The position numbers were made by a program, and so were the translations under genes. DNA of 64,000 nucleotides from positions 192,001 through 256,000 of the forward strand of contig JBFWNL010000003.1 of the NCBI GenBank assembly GCA_050251055.1, given 5' to 3'. The notes beneath the pieces are model-generated. The model saw only the letters and a program-made list of their open reading frames with translations. It had not been told where the DNA came from and did not search any database. This document shows, piece after piece, positions 1 through 9,140 of the stretch. This stretch comes from Bacteriovoracia bacterium (GTDB taxonomy: Bacteria; Bdellovibrionota; UBA1018; JBFWNL01). Numbering within the stretch: position 1 is the first letter of the stretch; each line of letters starts with the position of its first letter.

Positions 1-86
1 CACCCCGTCTGATTCTTCCCGGCGCGTCCCCACCACCATCGCCGCTTCTCAGCCGGCCGGTGGAAATCATCTTCGCCCCTCGCTAG
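1..86 (+). CDS. Possible 3' end of a gene entering from the left edge
   Basis: Open frame from base 3 (PRLILPGASPPPSPLLSRPVEIIFAPR*) ends at TAG 84-86, overlapping the stop of the convergent gene; too short to identify. Confidence 0.3.
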   Translation, partial: PRLILPGASPPPSPLLSRPVEIIFAPR

Positions 87-1237
87 CGTTTCAAACGGCC
101 CAAGATCTCGGCCGCCCGATCCAGCTCAGCTTCGGTGTTGTAGACATGGGGACTGACGCGCAGGCAGGCGCTGTCACGAAACGGCGCGATCATGATTTGC
201 AATCGGTGCTCCTGATAAATTTTTTGCATCAGGTGGAATCCCTGGGTCGCTAGCTCGGCCGGCAGCTCGTACGCCAACAAAGGACCGCGCCTTGCGCCCG
301 CGGGGGGAGAAAGCTTGCGCCAGCCCAGTTTTTCGTCGAGCCGTCGCTCGAGGTGCGCCTGTAATGCGTAGAGACGCGCGCGGATCTGATCCCCGCCATG
401 GCGTCGCCAAAACGCGAGCGTGTCGCGGATGCCGAAAAACGGCGCGAAGTCATAGCAAGCCGACATCAGCATGCGCGCCTGAAAAAGATCACCCCCGCCA
501 AATGCCGCGAACGGGCCGGGAATCTCGAACGTCGTCCAGCCGCCATACGTCGATTTCACGCGCGCGCGGTTACGCTTCGGGATCCAGCCAAACGACGTGC
601 CCTTCGGCGCCATTACCCATTTGTGCAAATTGCCGCCATAGCAATCGACGTCTTCGAGCCGCGTAAAATCCAGCGCGAGCGCACCGGGCGAGTGGGCGCC
701 GTCGACCGCGAAGAGCACCCCCCGCTCCCGGGTCACGCGCGCGATCTGCTCGACGGGTAGCACCTGGCCGTTGCCGGTAATGATGTGGCTGAGCACGAGC
801 AGGCTCGTCTCCGGCTTGAGTTCTTGCTTCACGAGCGCCACCGGATCAGCGCAATCATTCGGCAGGTGAAACCGTCGGAGCTTGAGTCCGCCCTGCTCGG
901 CCTTCAACCGACAGAGGTTGGCGATCGCTCCGTATTCGACGTCGCTGAGCAAGATCTCGCTCCCCTTTGGCAACTCCACTCCGAGAATGAAGGCGTTCAT
1001 GACCAGCGTGATATTCGGGCGAAGAAAGAGATCCTGGGGATCGGCCTTTAGAAACTGGGCCAGGTCGACCTGCGTTTCCCAAAGTTTCCCCCAAGCGGCG
1101 AAGAGCTCGGCCGTGGGGTTGCGCTCGAATTCACGTTGGTACCGGGTCACGGCGGCGGTGACCTCACGCGGGCAAATCGAATGTGTCCCCGAGTTCAGGT
1201 ACGTCAGGCTGGAATCCATCTCAAAATCTTCACGCAT
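83..1237 (-). CDS. Class V PLP-dependent aminotransferase (isopenicillin-N-epimerase / cysteine lyase-like)
   Basis: YLNSGT start motif, VDGAH, PLP-lysine motif GNLHKWVMAPKG, C-terminal LRVSPHVYN. Confidence 0.85.
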   Translation of the reverse strand: MREDFEMDSSLTYLNSGTHSICPREVTAAVTRYQREFERNPTAELFAAWGKLWETQVDLAQFLKADPQDLFLRPNITLVMNAFILGVELPKGSEILLSDVEYGAIANLCRLKAEQGGLKLRRFHLPNDCADPVALVKQELKPETSLLVLSHIITGNGQVLPVEQIARVTRERGVLFAVDGAHSPGALALDFTRLEDVDCYGGNLHKWVMAPKGTSFGWIPKRNRARVKSTYGGWTTFEIPGPFAAFGGGDLFQARMLMSACYDFAPFFGIRDTLAFWRRHGGDQIRARLYALQAHLERRLDEKLGWRKLSPPAGARRGPLLAYELPAELATQGFHLMQKIYQEHRLQIMIAPFRDSACLRVSPHVYNTEAELDRAAEILGRLKR

Positions 1238-1341
1238 ATAATGACCATTCTCCGCTTCCTACCGGACCAGGGGCCAGAAAATCTTATTTGACTCTAATTC
1301 TCAGTCTTGATACACCGCGTCATTAAGAGAGGGTAACATCT

Positions 1342-4300
1342 GTGCGGAGAGTCTTTTTTATCAATAAAAACAGGACATTAAACGCCAGATCAGGCGTCTT
1401 AGCCATCCTGCTTTTAGCTCTCACGAACCCCGCGCTCGCCAGTACCGTCGCCATTCCGCAAATCAGCCCCGGCTCGCCCGCCAATGACCTGGTTTACCAA
1501 GGCCGCGTCCTCGATCGAGACGAGGCCCTCGATCTGGCAAAAAAACGCCGCGTGGATCTCAGCCAGCTCGATCCCGAAGAGCACGATGCCTGGCAGGACC
1601 GGGCCTACGATTACTCTTCCGCCGCATGGGCCGATCTGCCCGGCGAAGGCGCGACCGTAGACTTTGATTCCTACCTCACGAGCACCAACGAGCTCTTCCG
1701 GTCACGCGCCCGCTTCATCCCCGATAGCGGCCCCTACGCCGGGGAAAACCGCATGCTCCGCGTGACGATCACGCTTGAAGGGCACGCCGCCATCATGCGC
1801 GCAGCGATGATGCGCGCCCTGGGCTACCCCGTGGCCCTCCCACGCAACTACCGTAACCTGACCTTCCGCTTCGTTGACAACGCCAAGCGCGACTCTTTCC
1901 TGAACGCGATGTCCGACGCCACCCATACCGCGCGCGATCGCTGGATCGTGAATCTCCCGGACAACCAACCGGAAGTGACATTGCGGGACGTGACCCTAGA
2001 ATCCGGCCAGGTGGATACCCCGCCTTATCACTGGGGGGTAATCACGAAGGACAAGATCCGCTCCCGCCGCTCCCTGCGCGCGATCCTACTACCCATTACG
2101 CTGCTGGATCTCTCCGAACGCATTAACTTGTATAGCTGGAATTATGCCGAAGTGACGAGCGGGCATCTGATCTTCAACCACCCGTTCGCCGAGAGTTTTT
2201 CCGAAGTCTCCCAGGACGACCTGAAGTGGATCGCGCGCAAGATCGCGCGCTTTACACGTCCGCAGCTGCAAGCGATCGTCAATGCGGGTCAGTACCCTGC
2301 CGATATCTCCGCCTTGATCTTAGAAAAACTGGTTTCGCGCCGAAATCAGATGGCCAAAGTGCTGGGCCTCAAAAAAGAGCGTGTCTCCGACTTACCCTTC
2401 AACGCCTCGTTGAACACCGGCGCGGTAAAGAACGGCAAACTCACGCAGTCGGCGTACCCTGGCTACGCGATGGAATTCGTCTATCCGGACCCGGAGTCGC
2501 CATTAAAGGCCGACGAGATCGCCCGCTTTGGCTTATTGGAAGGCATCACGTCCGCGCTGGCTCGCGGGGCGAGCGAGTTGAATGAAAAACTGCTAACGGT
2601 CCAGAGCGTACAGGACGTCGCCGAAAAACATCAGAAAGACACCCTGCAGCGAATCATCAACCACTACATGAGCAACCCGACCGAACCCTACCAAGAAACG
2701 GTACGGGCATGGGGCGGTCCCATCGGCGGATTCAATGTCAACGCCAGCCGCAACGTCGTTACCGGCACCTACTACGGCAGCGACGCGCAAGTTCAGCTGC
2801 TGGACAACGTCGCGGTCCAAGGAAGCATTGGTTACTATCTCGGTATCTCGGGCGTAGACAAGATGCTCCCGAGCGGCAGCGCGAACCTGAGCCTGCAGCG
2901 CAACTACCTTCATGTCCGCCCCGTGGGGGACATGAAGGAAGCCCTGAAAACCAAATGGAGCTGGTTATTCGTACCAAGCTTCTTCAAGCACCTGGACCGC
3001 CTGCTCGAGAAGGGCGCGAAGGTCGACGCCGACGGAAACGCCCAGGCATTTCTCGATAACCGCGAGCTAACGGAAACCGAGGCGACCGGTGAGCTCGACG
3101 ACTCCGAAAAGAACTTCAAAGCCTTCTTAGACGAGCTCAAGGAAGGCGAGATCTTCTCCGTGACCGACACGGTGCTCGCCGGCGCCCGCGCGCAGGTCAC
3201 CATCCCGCTGGCCTCGCTCTTGGGACTGGGACCGATTGGCTACGCAAACTCGATCGATATCAGTGGCGGCGTCACCGGCATGATCCTACGCCGCACGCTC
3301 TTCGTGCGGACGGAAGAAGGCATTCAAGTCTACTTGCAACGCGTGAATACGCGGTCAGCCGACATCGGCGTGGACCTGCGCTGGTGGATCACGCTCATGA
3401 GCTACAATCACACCTGGAAGCATTCCGAAGCCAAGACCAAGGCGTTCCTGCTCGACCAAGGCGAACGCACGCCGGAGCAATCCAAGAAACTCGTGATCGC
3501 GTTGCGGGCGCTCCTGCGTCGAAACAACGCCGAGGTCCTCGAGCAGGACTTCAAACCCTTCCGGCTGGATCACACGCTCGACGCCTCGATCGACAAATTC
3601 AAATTCCTCTTCTGGAGCTGGCACAACATCGAGGAAACCCACCTCGTGAAAGTGAAGCCGCCCGTGGATCCGCAGGATCGGTATAATCCAGACGATCACG
3701 TTCGTAGCCTGCTTTCTTACCGTATCGTGAAAGCAAACGGCGCCGACGGCTACTCTTTCGTTTCGGACGTCGTAAGCGAAGCGACCGAAGGCTGGGGGTT
3801 CAAAGGCAAGAGCGGAGGAAATCCCGCCAACTCGTTTTTGGGATCCGGCCGCTGGAGCGTTTACGCCTCCGAAAAGGAAACCACCCCCGGCCGCGACAAC
3901 CGGGCGGTAATCCGCGTGGAGCACCACTGGGGCGGCTGGCTCCTGCCGCGCAAGGAATTCTTCTCCATCGTCGAAGGCTTGGAGCGAAAAGCCGCGCCGC
4001 TAAACCTCGAGCGGCCACTCATCAACCGCGAAGTTTTCGGTCAGATGAAGCAGCTGCAGCTTTACGACATCCAGCAAATCCTCGTCGTGTACGACCAGGG
4101 CACCCAACGACTCCGCGATACCCTCTTTCAAGGTGGCCTGCGGGCGATCTACGACCGTCTCGTGGAGATCGCCGGCGGCCAAGCCGTCGTGGACGACTTT
4201 TGCGAGCGGGAGCGCATCGCGAGTATTGGCGAAAACTACTCCGCCTACAATGGTTACAGCGAAAAAGAAAACGGCAACCGGGTGCGCCTCAAATGCACGC

Positions 4301-4635
4301 TGCCTTGGATGCGTACGGTCCTGAAATTCCGCCACGAATACCCAGCCAATGACGCGGAGAAACAGCTAAAATGGAACGTGAAGCTGATCCGCACGCTGGA
4401 GCGCGAGCTACCGCTCGACCAGCTCTTAGGATGGCTGCAAAAGGACGGTTACTTCTTCCAAATTCACATCAACGGCTTCCGCAAGGGAGACGAGAACGAC
4501 GACATGGCGTACGCGTCCGACACGATCGGCACCATCGACGACAAGATGGGCTCGGGCATTTTCCGCGAATTTTCGAATAACTATAAGATCTTCTACTACG
4601 AAATCGCCGCGCGCTACCTGACGGAGGGATTCTAG
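1342..4635 (+). CDS. Large secreted hypothetical protein (1097 aa)
   Basis: Long ORF with genome-like codon usage, AAGAGAGGG upstream, signal-peptide-like N-terminus (LAILLLALTNPALA); stop abuts the next ATG. Confidence 0.85.
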   Translation: MRRVFFINKNRTLNARSGVLAILLLALTNPALASTVAIPQISPGSPANDLVYQGRVLDRDEALDLAKKRRVDLSQLDPEEHDAWQDRAYDYSSAAWADLPGEGATVDFDSYLTSTNELFRSRARFIPDSGPYAGENRMLRVTITLEGHAAIMRAAMMRALGYPVALPRNYRNLTFRFVDNAKRDSFLNAMSDATHTARDRWIVNLPDNQPEVTLRDVTLESGQVDTPPYHWGVITKDKIRSRRSLRAILLPITLLDLSERINLYSWNYAEVTSGHLIFNHPFAESFSEVSQDDLKWIARKIARFTRPQLQAIVNAGQYPADISALILEKLVSRRNQMAKVLGLKKERVSDLPFNASLNTGAVKNGKLTQSAYPGYAMEFVYPDPESPLKADEIARFGLLEGITSALARGASELNEKLLTVQSVQDVAEKHQKDTLQRIINHYMSNPTEPYQETVRAWGGPIGGFNVNASRNVVTGTYYGSDAQVQLLDNVAVQGSIGYYLGISGVDKMLPSGSANLSLQRNYLHVRPVGDMKEALKTKWSWLFVPSFFKHLDRLLEKGAKVDADGNAQAFLDNRELTETEATGELDDSEKNFKAFLDELKEGEIFSVTDTVLAGARAQVTIPLASLLGLGPIGYANSIDISGGVTGMILRRTLFVRTEEGIQVYLQRVNTRSADIGVDLRWWITLMSYNHTWKHSEAKTKAFLLDQGERTPEQSKKLVIALRALLRRNNAEVLEQDFKPFRLDHTLDASIDKFKFLFWSWHNIEETHLVKVKPPVDPQDRYNPDDHVRSLLSYRIVKANGADGYSFVSDVVSEATEGWGFKGKSGGNPANSFLGSGRWSVYASEKETTPGRDNRAVIRVEHHWGGWLLPRKEFFSIVEGLERKAAPLNLERPLINREVFGQMKQLQLYDIQQILVVYDQGTQRLRDTLFQGGLRAIYDRLVEIAGGQAVVDDFCERERIASIGENYSAYNGYSEKENGNRVRLKCTLPWMRTVLKFRHEYPANDAEKQLKWNVKLIRTLERELPLDQLLGWLQKDGYFFQIHINGFRKGDENDDMAYASDTIGTIDDKMGSGIFREFSNNYKIFYYEIAARYLTEGF

Positions 4636-7600
4636 ATGAAATCCACCCTCGCCATCGCCTGCTCCGTCTGGCTCCTAGCCGCTCCCACGTCCACGTCCGC
4701 CGCGCCAACTAAGCCGTCGGCTCCCCCGGCGAAAACAAACTCTCCTGCCGACGCCTCCGCCATCTGGCTCCCGGGTAAACAGCCACTGCCGAAGAGCGCG
4801 AAAATCAAGTCCCGGAAAAAAGTCTTCACGGCTTCCGAGCGCGCGTTCCTACGCAAGATCGGTCGTCCGGATCTGGCCAAGGCCGAAGTTCTGCAGTTCA
4901 AAAACGAACACGAGCGCGAACGCGTCCAACGCGAAGCCCCCGAGGCGGGATTGGATTCGCGTGCGGTCTCCATCGAGCAACACGAACAGCCAGCCCAGCC
5001 CCCGCAGCCGGCGAACATCCCGGTTTGGGCGGCCCGCCAGCAGTGGGCCCTGGACAACCCAGGGGCGAACTTCCCCATCGGCGTCGAAGAGCTCAAGACT
5101 CTCTACTTTCCCGGCGCGGCCGGCGAGGACATCGGGCTTCGGCGCGCTCCTCCCGAAGGGGCCGGCACCAAGATTCGCGTCGCCATCCTGGATTCGGGAC
5201 TGGACGTCACCCATCCGGTATTGAAGGATCAAATCTACCGGAACGAAGTCGAATGCGCGATGATCGACCAGCTCGCGGCTGAAATCAAGGAATGCCAGAA
5301 AACCAAGAAGGCCGATGAGTGCAAAAAACTCTTCCCGCCGCGTGACGCCGATGGCAACGGTTATGTCGCCGACTGCAACGGCTACAACTTCGCGGACACC
5401 ATCGACGGCAACGTGAAAGATATCGTCGGCCACGGCACCCACGTCGCGGGGATCGTCGCCAGCGTATCTAAATACGTCGAAATCCTGCCCGTGCGCGTGA
5501 TCAGTGATTCACCCAACACCCCCATCCGCCCACAAAGCACGGACGACCCTAAGCAGGATGATCCGTCGATTCCGAATGATTCCGACTACGAAAACGCCAA
5601 AGGGTTTATCGACCGAATCGCGCGCGGCGTACTGTACGCGATTCGCGCCCAGGCGAAGATCATGAATCTTTCGTTCGCTTGGCCCATCCAGGCCGATTCA
5701 CAATTCATGCGCGAGATGATCGCGCTCGCCCAAAGCCAGGGCATTCAGATCGTCTCCTCCGCCGGTAACGACTCCACCGAAGCCCGCGTCATGCCCTGCG
5801 TGTATCCGGGCGTGATTTGCGTGGGATCCCACAGCCCCGACGGCAAAATCAGCCACTACTCGAACTTCGGCGACGGGGTCGAAATCTCCGCGCCCGGCCA
5901 CTATATTCTAAGCACCTTTCCCATGAGTAAGATCCCGGTCGTGAACACCGAAGGCCAAGGCTTCGAGTTTAAAAACGGCACCTCCATGGCATCACCCTTC
6001 GTCGCCGGCCTTTTGGCCCGGCTCCGCGCGGGCGGCATGGCCGGGAACGAAGCGTTTGCGCGCCTGGCGCTCGGATCACGCCCCCAAGTCGCCGACGACT
6101 TCCACAAGTGGACCCAGTTCGGCAACGTCGATTTGCCAAAAGCCCTGGCCGAGCCCGCTGGCCCGTTCATCTACCCGCTCGACAAGCGCCCGATCACGGC
6201 TACGTTCGATCCGGAGAAGATCGTGCCTGTGGACATCCAAGTCCGCTTCGGCAGCTTTTGGAAAGACGCCAAAGTCGTGAAAGTTTCCGCGCGCGTGCTC
6301 GACGGGCCCCGGGGCGCGTTCGCCAAACTCACGACGGACACCTTCGAGATTCGCGGATTTCGCCAAGGCATGAAGGCTGATTTGGAAACCCAGATGAAGC
6401 TCCTGCCGAATTCGGCCGATCATGATGGCGTGGACCTAGGTCGCGTTCCGGGAGAAGCGAAGATCGAGTGGACGCTACAAGCCGACGACGCGAAACCGCG
6501 CCAATTCCGTACCACCGTGGACTTCCGCATGGCCGTGAACCCTAAGACCCAGCTCCCGGGCGCACGCATCAGTCCGCTCGCGGGAAACCCGCCGAACAAG
6601 TCGGCTGATTTCCGTTCCGTCGTCAACATGGATGGGAGCGCCGGCGCCGACTACTTTGCCATTTCGAAAATTTCCGTGGAAAAATCGAAGCTCACCCTGA
6701 TTCGTGAAGACGTGGCGGTTAAACACCACATAGTCGCCGCCACGGCGGATATTGACGCGCTTCCGGGAACCCTGCTCACTATCCAGCGCGTGGATGTCGA
6801 CCAAGACGGCCAGCCAAACTACGTCTTCGTCTCGAAGCTTCCCCCTACCGAAAAGGGCAAAGCCCCGCCGTTCAAGTTCACCACTTTTGATGCCCGACTC
6901 GCGCCCGTGGCCGATTACACCTTCGAACACGACAGCGATAAGACCGTCGTGTCCGACCGGTTCCAATGGCTACGCACGAACACGGGCGGGATGATGATGG
7001 TGTGGATTGGCCTAGGCTTCCCGCCCAAGAACGAAAACGCCCCTTATGATCCATGGGATCCGGAACCAAAAGAACCGCTGAAATTCCGTATGTACGCCTT
7101 GGGCGCCAAAGGTAAGCTGCAGGCACTGAGCTTGCCGGAAAACCATACTTTCGTGGAAATCGCTAGCCCCACCGCGGCCGACCAGGCGGCCGGCATCGTG
7201 CGCGCCTACACCGCCGAAAATTTCGACCCGAATGAAGAAGACGTGATCTTTCATCGTGTCGACATCAGTCCGGATGTTGCCCAAGGCCTAAGCCTGGGGA
7301 CCCAGCAACTAGTCCAGCTGCCACGTCACCGCACGCTCATGGCCATGAACCAAGTCACGGCTGCGTACTCCTTGGCGCCGGGCGACGCTATCTACGGAAC
7401 CGCTTTCACGGGCTCCTCCATTCGCGGCACCCAGCGCACGACCGTGGTTAGTGGAAATTCCGCTCCGATGTCTTCGGACGGGCGTCTCTTGCCCCTATCC
7501 CCGATCGAGCCCGTGGCCCAGATCTCCGGAGTGTTTGCGAGCGACACCCAGCTATCGGTGTTTGGGATCACGGGTTTTCAGGTGATCTATGCCGATCTCG

Positions 7601-7947
7601 CTCGCGACGAAAGCGCGGGCTTCACGCGTCGCCGTTACAGCTTCCTGCCGAAGTTCATCTCCGCTCGCCACTTCTTCCCCACCGTCGTTCGCGGCGTAGA
7701 GGGGGAAAAGGTGCCCGCACTCTGGATCACCGCCGCGCTGGGCGCCCTGGACACGCTCGAAGTCCTGGTGCCGGAGTATGGCCGTTCGGGGGAACTCCAA
7801 GGAATCGCTTCGCCCGCGGCGTTCCGCTACTTTGCGGAAGATGGCTGTCGTTTGCTCGGCAACCCGATTCCACCCACGGATACGCAACCCGCTCAGGCCG
7901 CGTTCTATTGTGGCGATCACTTCAAGTTCATGCCTCTCCAACGCTAG
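4636..7947 (+). CDS. Secreted S8 subtilisin-like serine protease with long C-terminal extension
   Basis: Signal peptide; catalytic motifs ILDSG, HGTHVAG, SAGND, GTSMASP; C-terminal ~600 aa includes FG-GAP-like DVDQDGQPNY. Confidence 0.9.
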   Translation: MKSTLAIACSVWLLAAPTSTSAAPTKPSAPPAKTNSPADASAIWLPGKQPLPKSAKIKSRKKVFTASERAFLRKIGRPDLAKAEVLQFKNEHERERVQREAPEAGLDSRAVSIEQHEQPAQPPQPANIPVWAARQQWALDNPGANFPIGVEELKTLYFPGAAGEDIGLRRAPPEGAGTKIRVAILDSGLDVTHPVLKDQIYRNEVECAMIDQLAAEIKECQKTKKADECKKLFPPRDADGNGYVADCNGYNFADTIDGNVKDIVGHGTHVAGIVASVSKYVEILPVRVISDSPNTPIRPQSTDDPKQDDPSIPNDSDYENAKGFIDRIARGVLYAIRAQAKIMNLSFAWPIQADSQFMREMIALAQSQGIQIVSSAGNDSTEARVMPCVYPGVICVGSHSPDGKISHYSNFGDGVEISAPGHYILSTFPMSKIPVVNTEGQGFEFKNGTSMASPFVAGLLARLRAGGMAGNEAFARLALGSRPQVADDFHKWTQFGNVDLPKALAEPAGPFIYPLDKRPITATFDPEKIVPVDIQVRFGSFWKDAKVVKVSARVLDGPRGAFAKLTTDTFEIRGFRQGMKADLETQMKLLPNSADHDGVDLGRVPGEAKIEWTLQADDAKPRQFRTTVDFRMAVNPKTQLPGARISPLAGNPPNKSADFRSVVNMDGSAGADYFAISKISVEKSKLTLIREDVAVKHHIVAATADIDALPGTLLTIQRVDVDQDGQPNYVFVSKLPPTEKGKAPPFKFTTFDARLAPVADYTFEHDSDKTVVSDRFQWLRTNTGGMMMVWIGLGFPPKNENAPYDPWDPEPKEPLKFRMYALGAKGKLQALSLPENHTFVEIASPTAADQAAGIVRAYTAENFDPNEEDVIFHRVDISPDVAQGLSLGTQQLVQLPRHRTLMAMNQVTAAYSLAPGDAIYGTAFTGSSIRGTQRTTVVSGNSAPMSSDGRLLPLSPIEPVAQISGVFASDTQLSVFGITGFQVIYADLARDESAGFTRRRYSFLPKFISARHFFPTVVRGVEGEKVPALWITAALGALDTLEVLVPEYGRSGELQGIASPAAFRYFAEDGCRLLGNPIPPTDTQPAQAAFYCGDHFKFMPLQR

Positions 7948-8162
7948 CCGTACAAAACAAACGAACCGCACGAACCGGAAGCCTCTTGCCACCAGCGGTC
8001 ACCGGAGAGGCTCCCAAAATGCCACCTCACCGCGAAAGATTTACAATGCACTGCGTCTAAGCTCGCGTTATTTTCTGACTTTTTTGATTATCCATTTGTC
8101 TCTTTTCCGTGAATTTTCAGGCATGCAATTAAAGGCTTACAAAATTTATTACCGTCAAAACT

Positions 8163-8179
8163 TTGGCCCCCTGCTTGCA
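8163..8179 (+). promoter_or_regulatory. Putative sigma-54 (-24/-12) promoter
   Basis: TTGGCCCCCTGCTTGCA: GG-N10-GC with TTGCA, in an AT-rich intergenic region upstream of the 8256 gene. Confidence 0.6.
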
Positions 8180-8255
8180 CTAAGCCGCACTGCACATTGG
8201 AAAATGAGTTCCTGTTTGTGAGAGGGTAAGAAACTTGACTACTTTAGGAGGTATT

Positions 8256-9005
8256 GTGAAATTCTTTACTCAAACGAAAAAGACTGCTCTGTCCGCGCTC
8301 GCGGTCTTGAGCTTGGTAGTGGTCGGTTGCGGCGGCGGCGGCGGTGGCGGCAACAGCGATCCTTATTATCACGCTTGGTATGACGTTTACGGCAACTACT
8401 GCGGCACCGGCTACCCGGCCCCTGGCTGTAACTTCTATTGGGACGGCTCGAAGATCCTGGATTTCGAAGATCCATACTACACGACCGCCAACTACAATCT
8501 GCTGTACGCCCTCTGGGAATACACCGATTCTTACGGCCTCCCGGCCCTCTACCTGGGCTACGCCTGGTTGAGCGTCAACAACATCCTATATGATGAATAC
8601 GGCAACGCCCTGAACGAAAGCAGCGAAGAAACCGGCAAGGACATCATCGAAAGCGCAGCGCAAGCGGCCGAAGCGAAGATCCTCGAAGCCGGTAAGGGTT
8701 TCGCTGAAAAGTACGTTCTCCAAGAAGAACAAGGTGTCGAAGTCGCCCGCAGCCTCAACGGCTGGGCGGAACTCGTGAAGGACCGCAAAGAACGCGTCCG
8801 TACCGCGAAGGACATCACGGACTTCTCGAAGCGCCTGTTTAACATCGACCCGAACAGCAAGGCTGCGCAATCGGCCCTGGGCGCGGCGAAGAGCGGCGAC
8901 CTCACCCAAGCCCACGAGCTGAACAAGCAAGTGGCCGACAAGTGGGGCACGAGCCCGGAAACTTCGGAAGAAATCCTGAAGTCCTGGTTCAAGGACGTTC
9001 TGTAA
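8256..9005 (+). CDS. Tyr-rich hypothetical lipoprotein
   Basis: GTG at 8256 after AGGAGG; lipobox VVVGC followed by poly-Gly; Tyr/Trp-rich N-half and helical, charged C-half. Confidence 0.8.
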   Translation: MKFFTQTKKTALSALAVLSLVVVGCGGGGGGGNSDPYYHAWYDVYGNYCGTGYPAPGCNFYWDGSKILDFEDPYYTTANYNLLYALWEYTDSYGLPALYLGYAWLSVNNILYDEYGNALNESSEETGKDIIESAAQAAEAKILEAGKGFAEKYVLQEEQGVEVARSLNGWAELVKDRKERVRTAKDITDFSKRLFNIDPNSKAAQSALGAAKSGDLTQAHELNKQVADKWGTSPETSEEILKSWFKDVL

Positions 9006-9018
9006 TCTAATTCAATTG

Positions 9019-9057
9019 ACCGGTCCCTCGCTTCACTGCGGGGGACCGGTTTTTTTT
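9019..9057 (+). terminator. Rho-independent terminator
   Basis: ACCGGTCCCTCGC-ttcact-GCGGGGGACCGGT hairpin followed by a T run. Confidence 0.85.
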
Positions 9058-9140
9058 GCTACCCGCCTAGTTCTTTCAACTTAAATCCGGTAATAGGGTA
9101 CCGAGTTTAGGGAATCTAAAAATATCTCTTTGGGGGGATC

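Noticed and set aside
83-1237. Isopenicillin N epimerase suggesting beta-lactam biosynthesis
   Set aside because: No ACV synthetase, IPNS or other cluster genes; the family includes general cysteine lyases.
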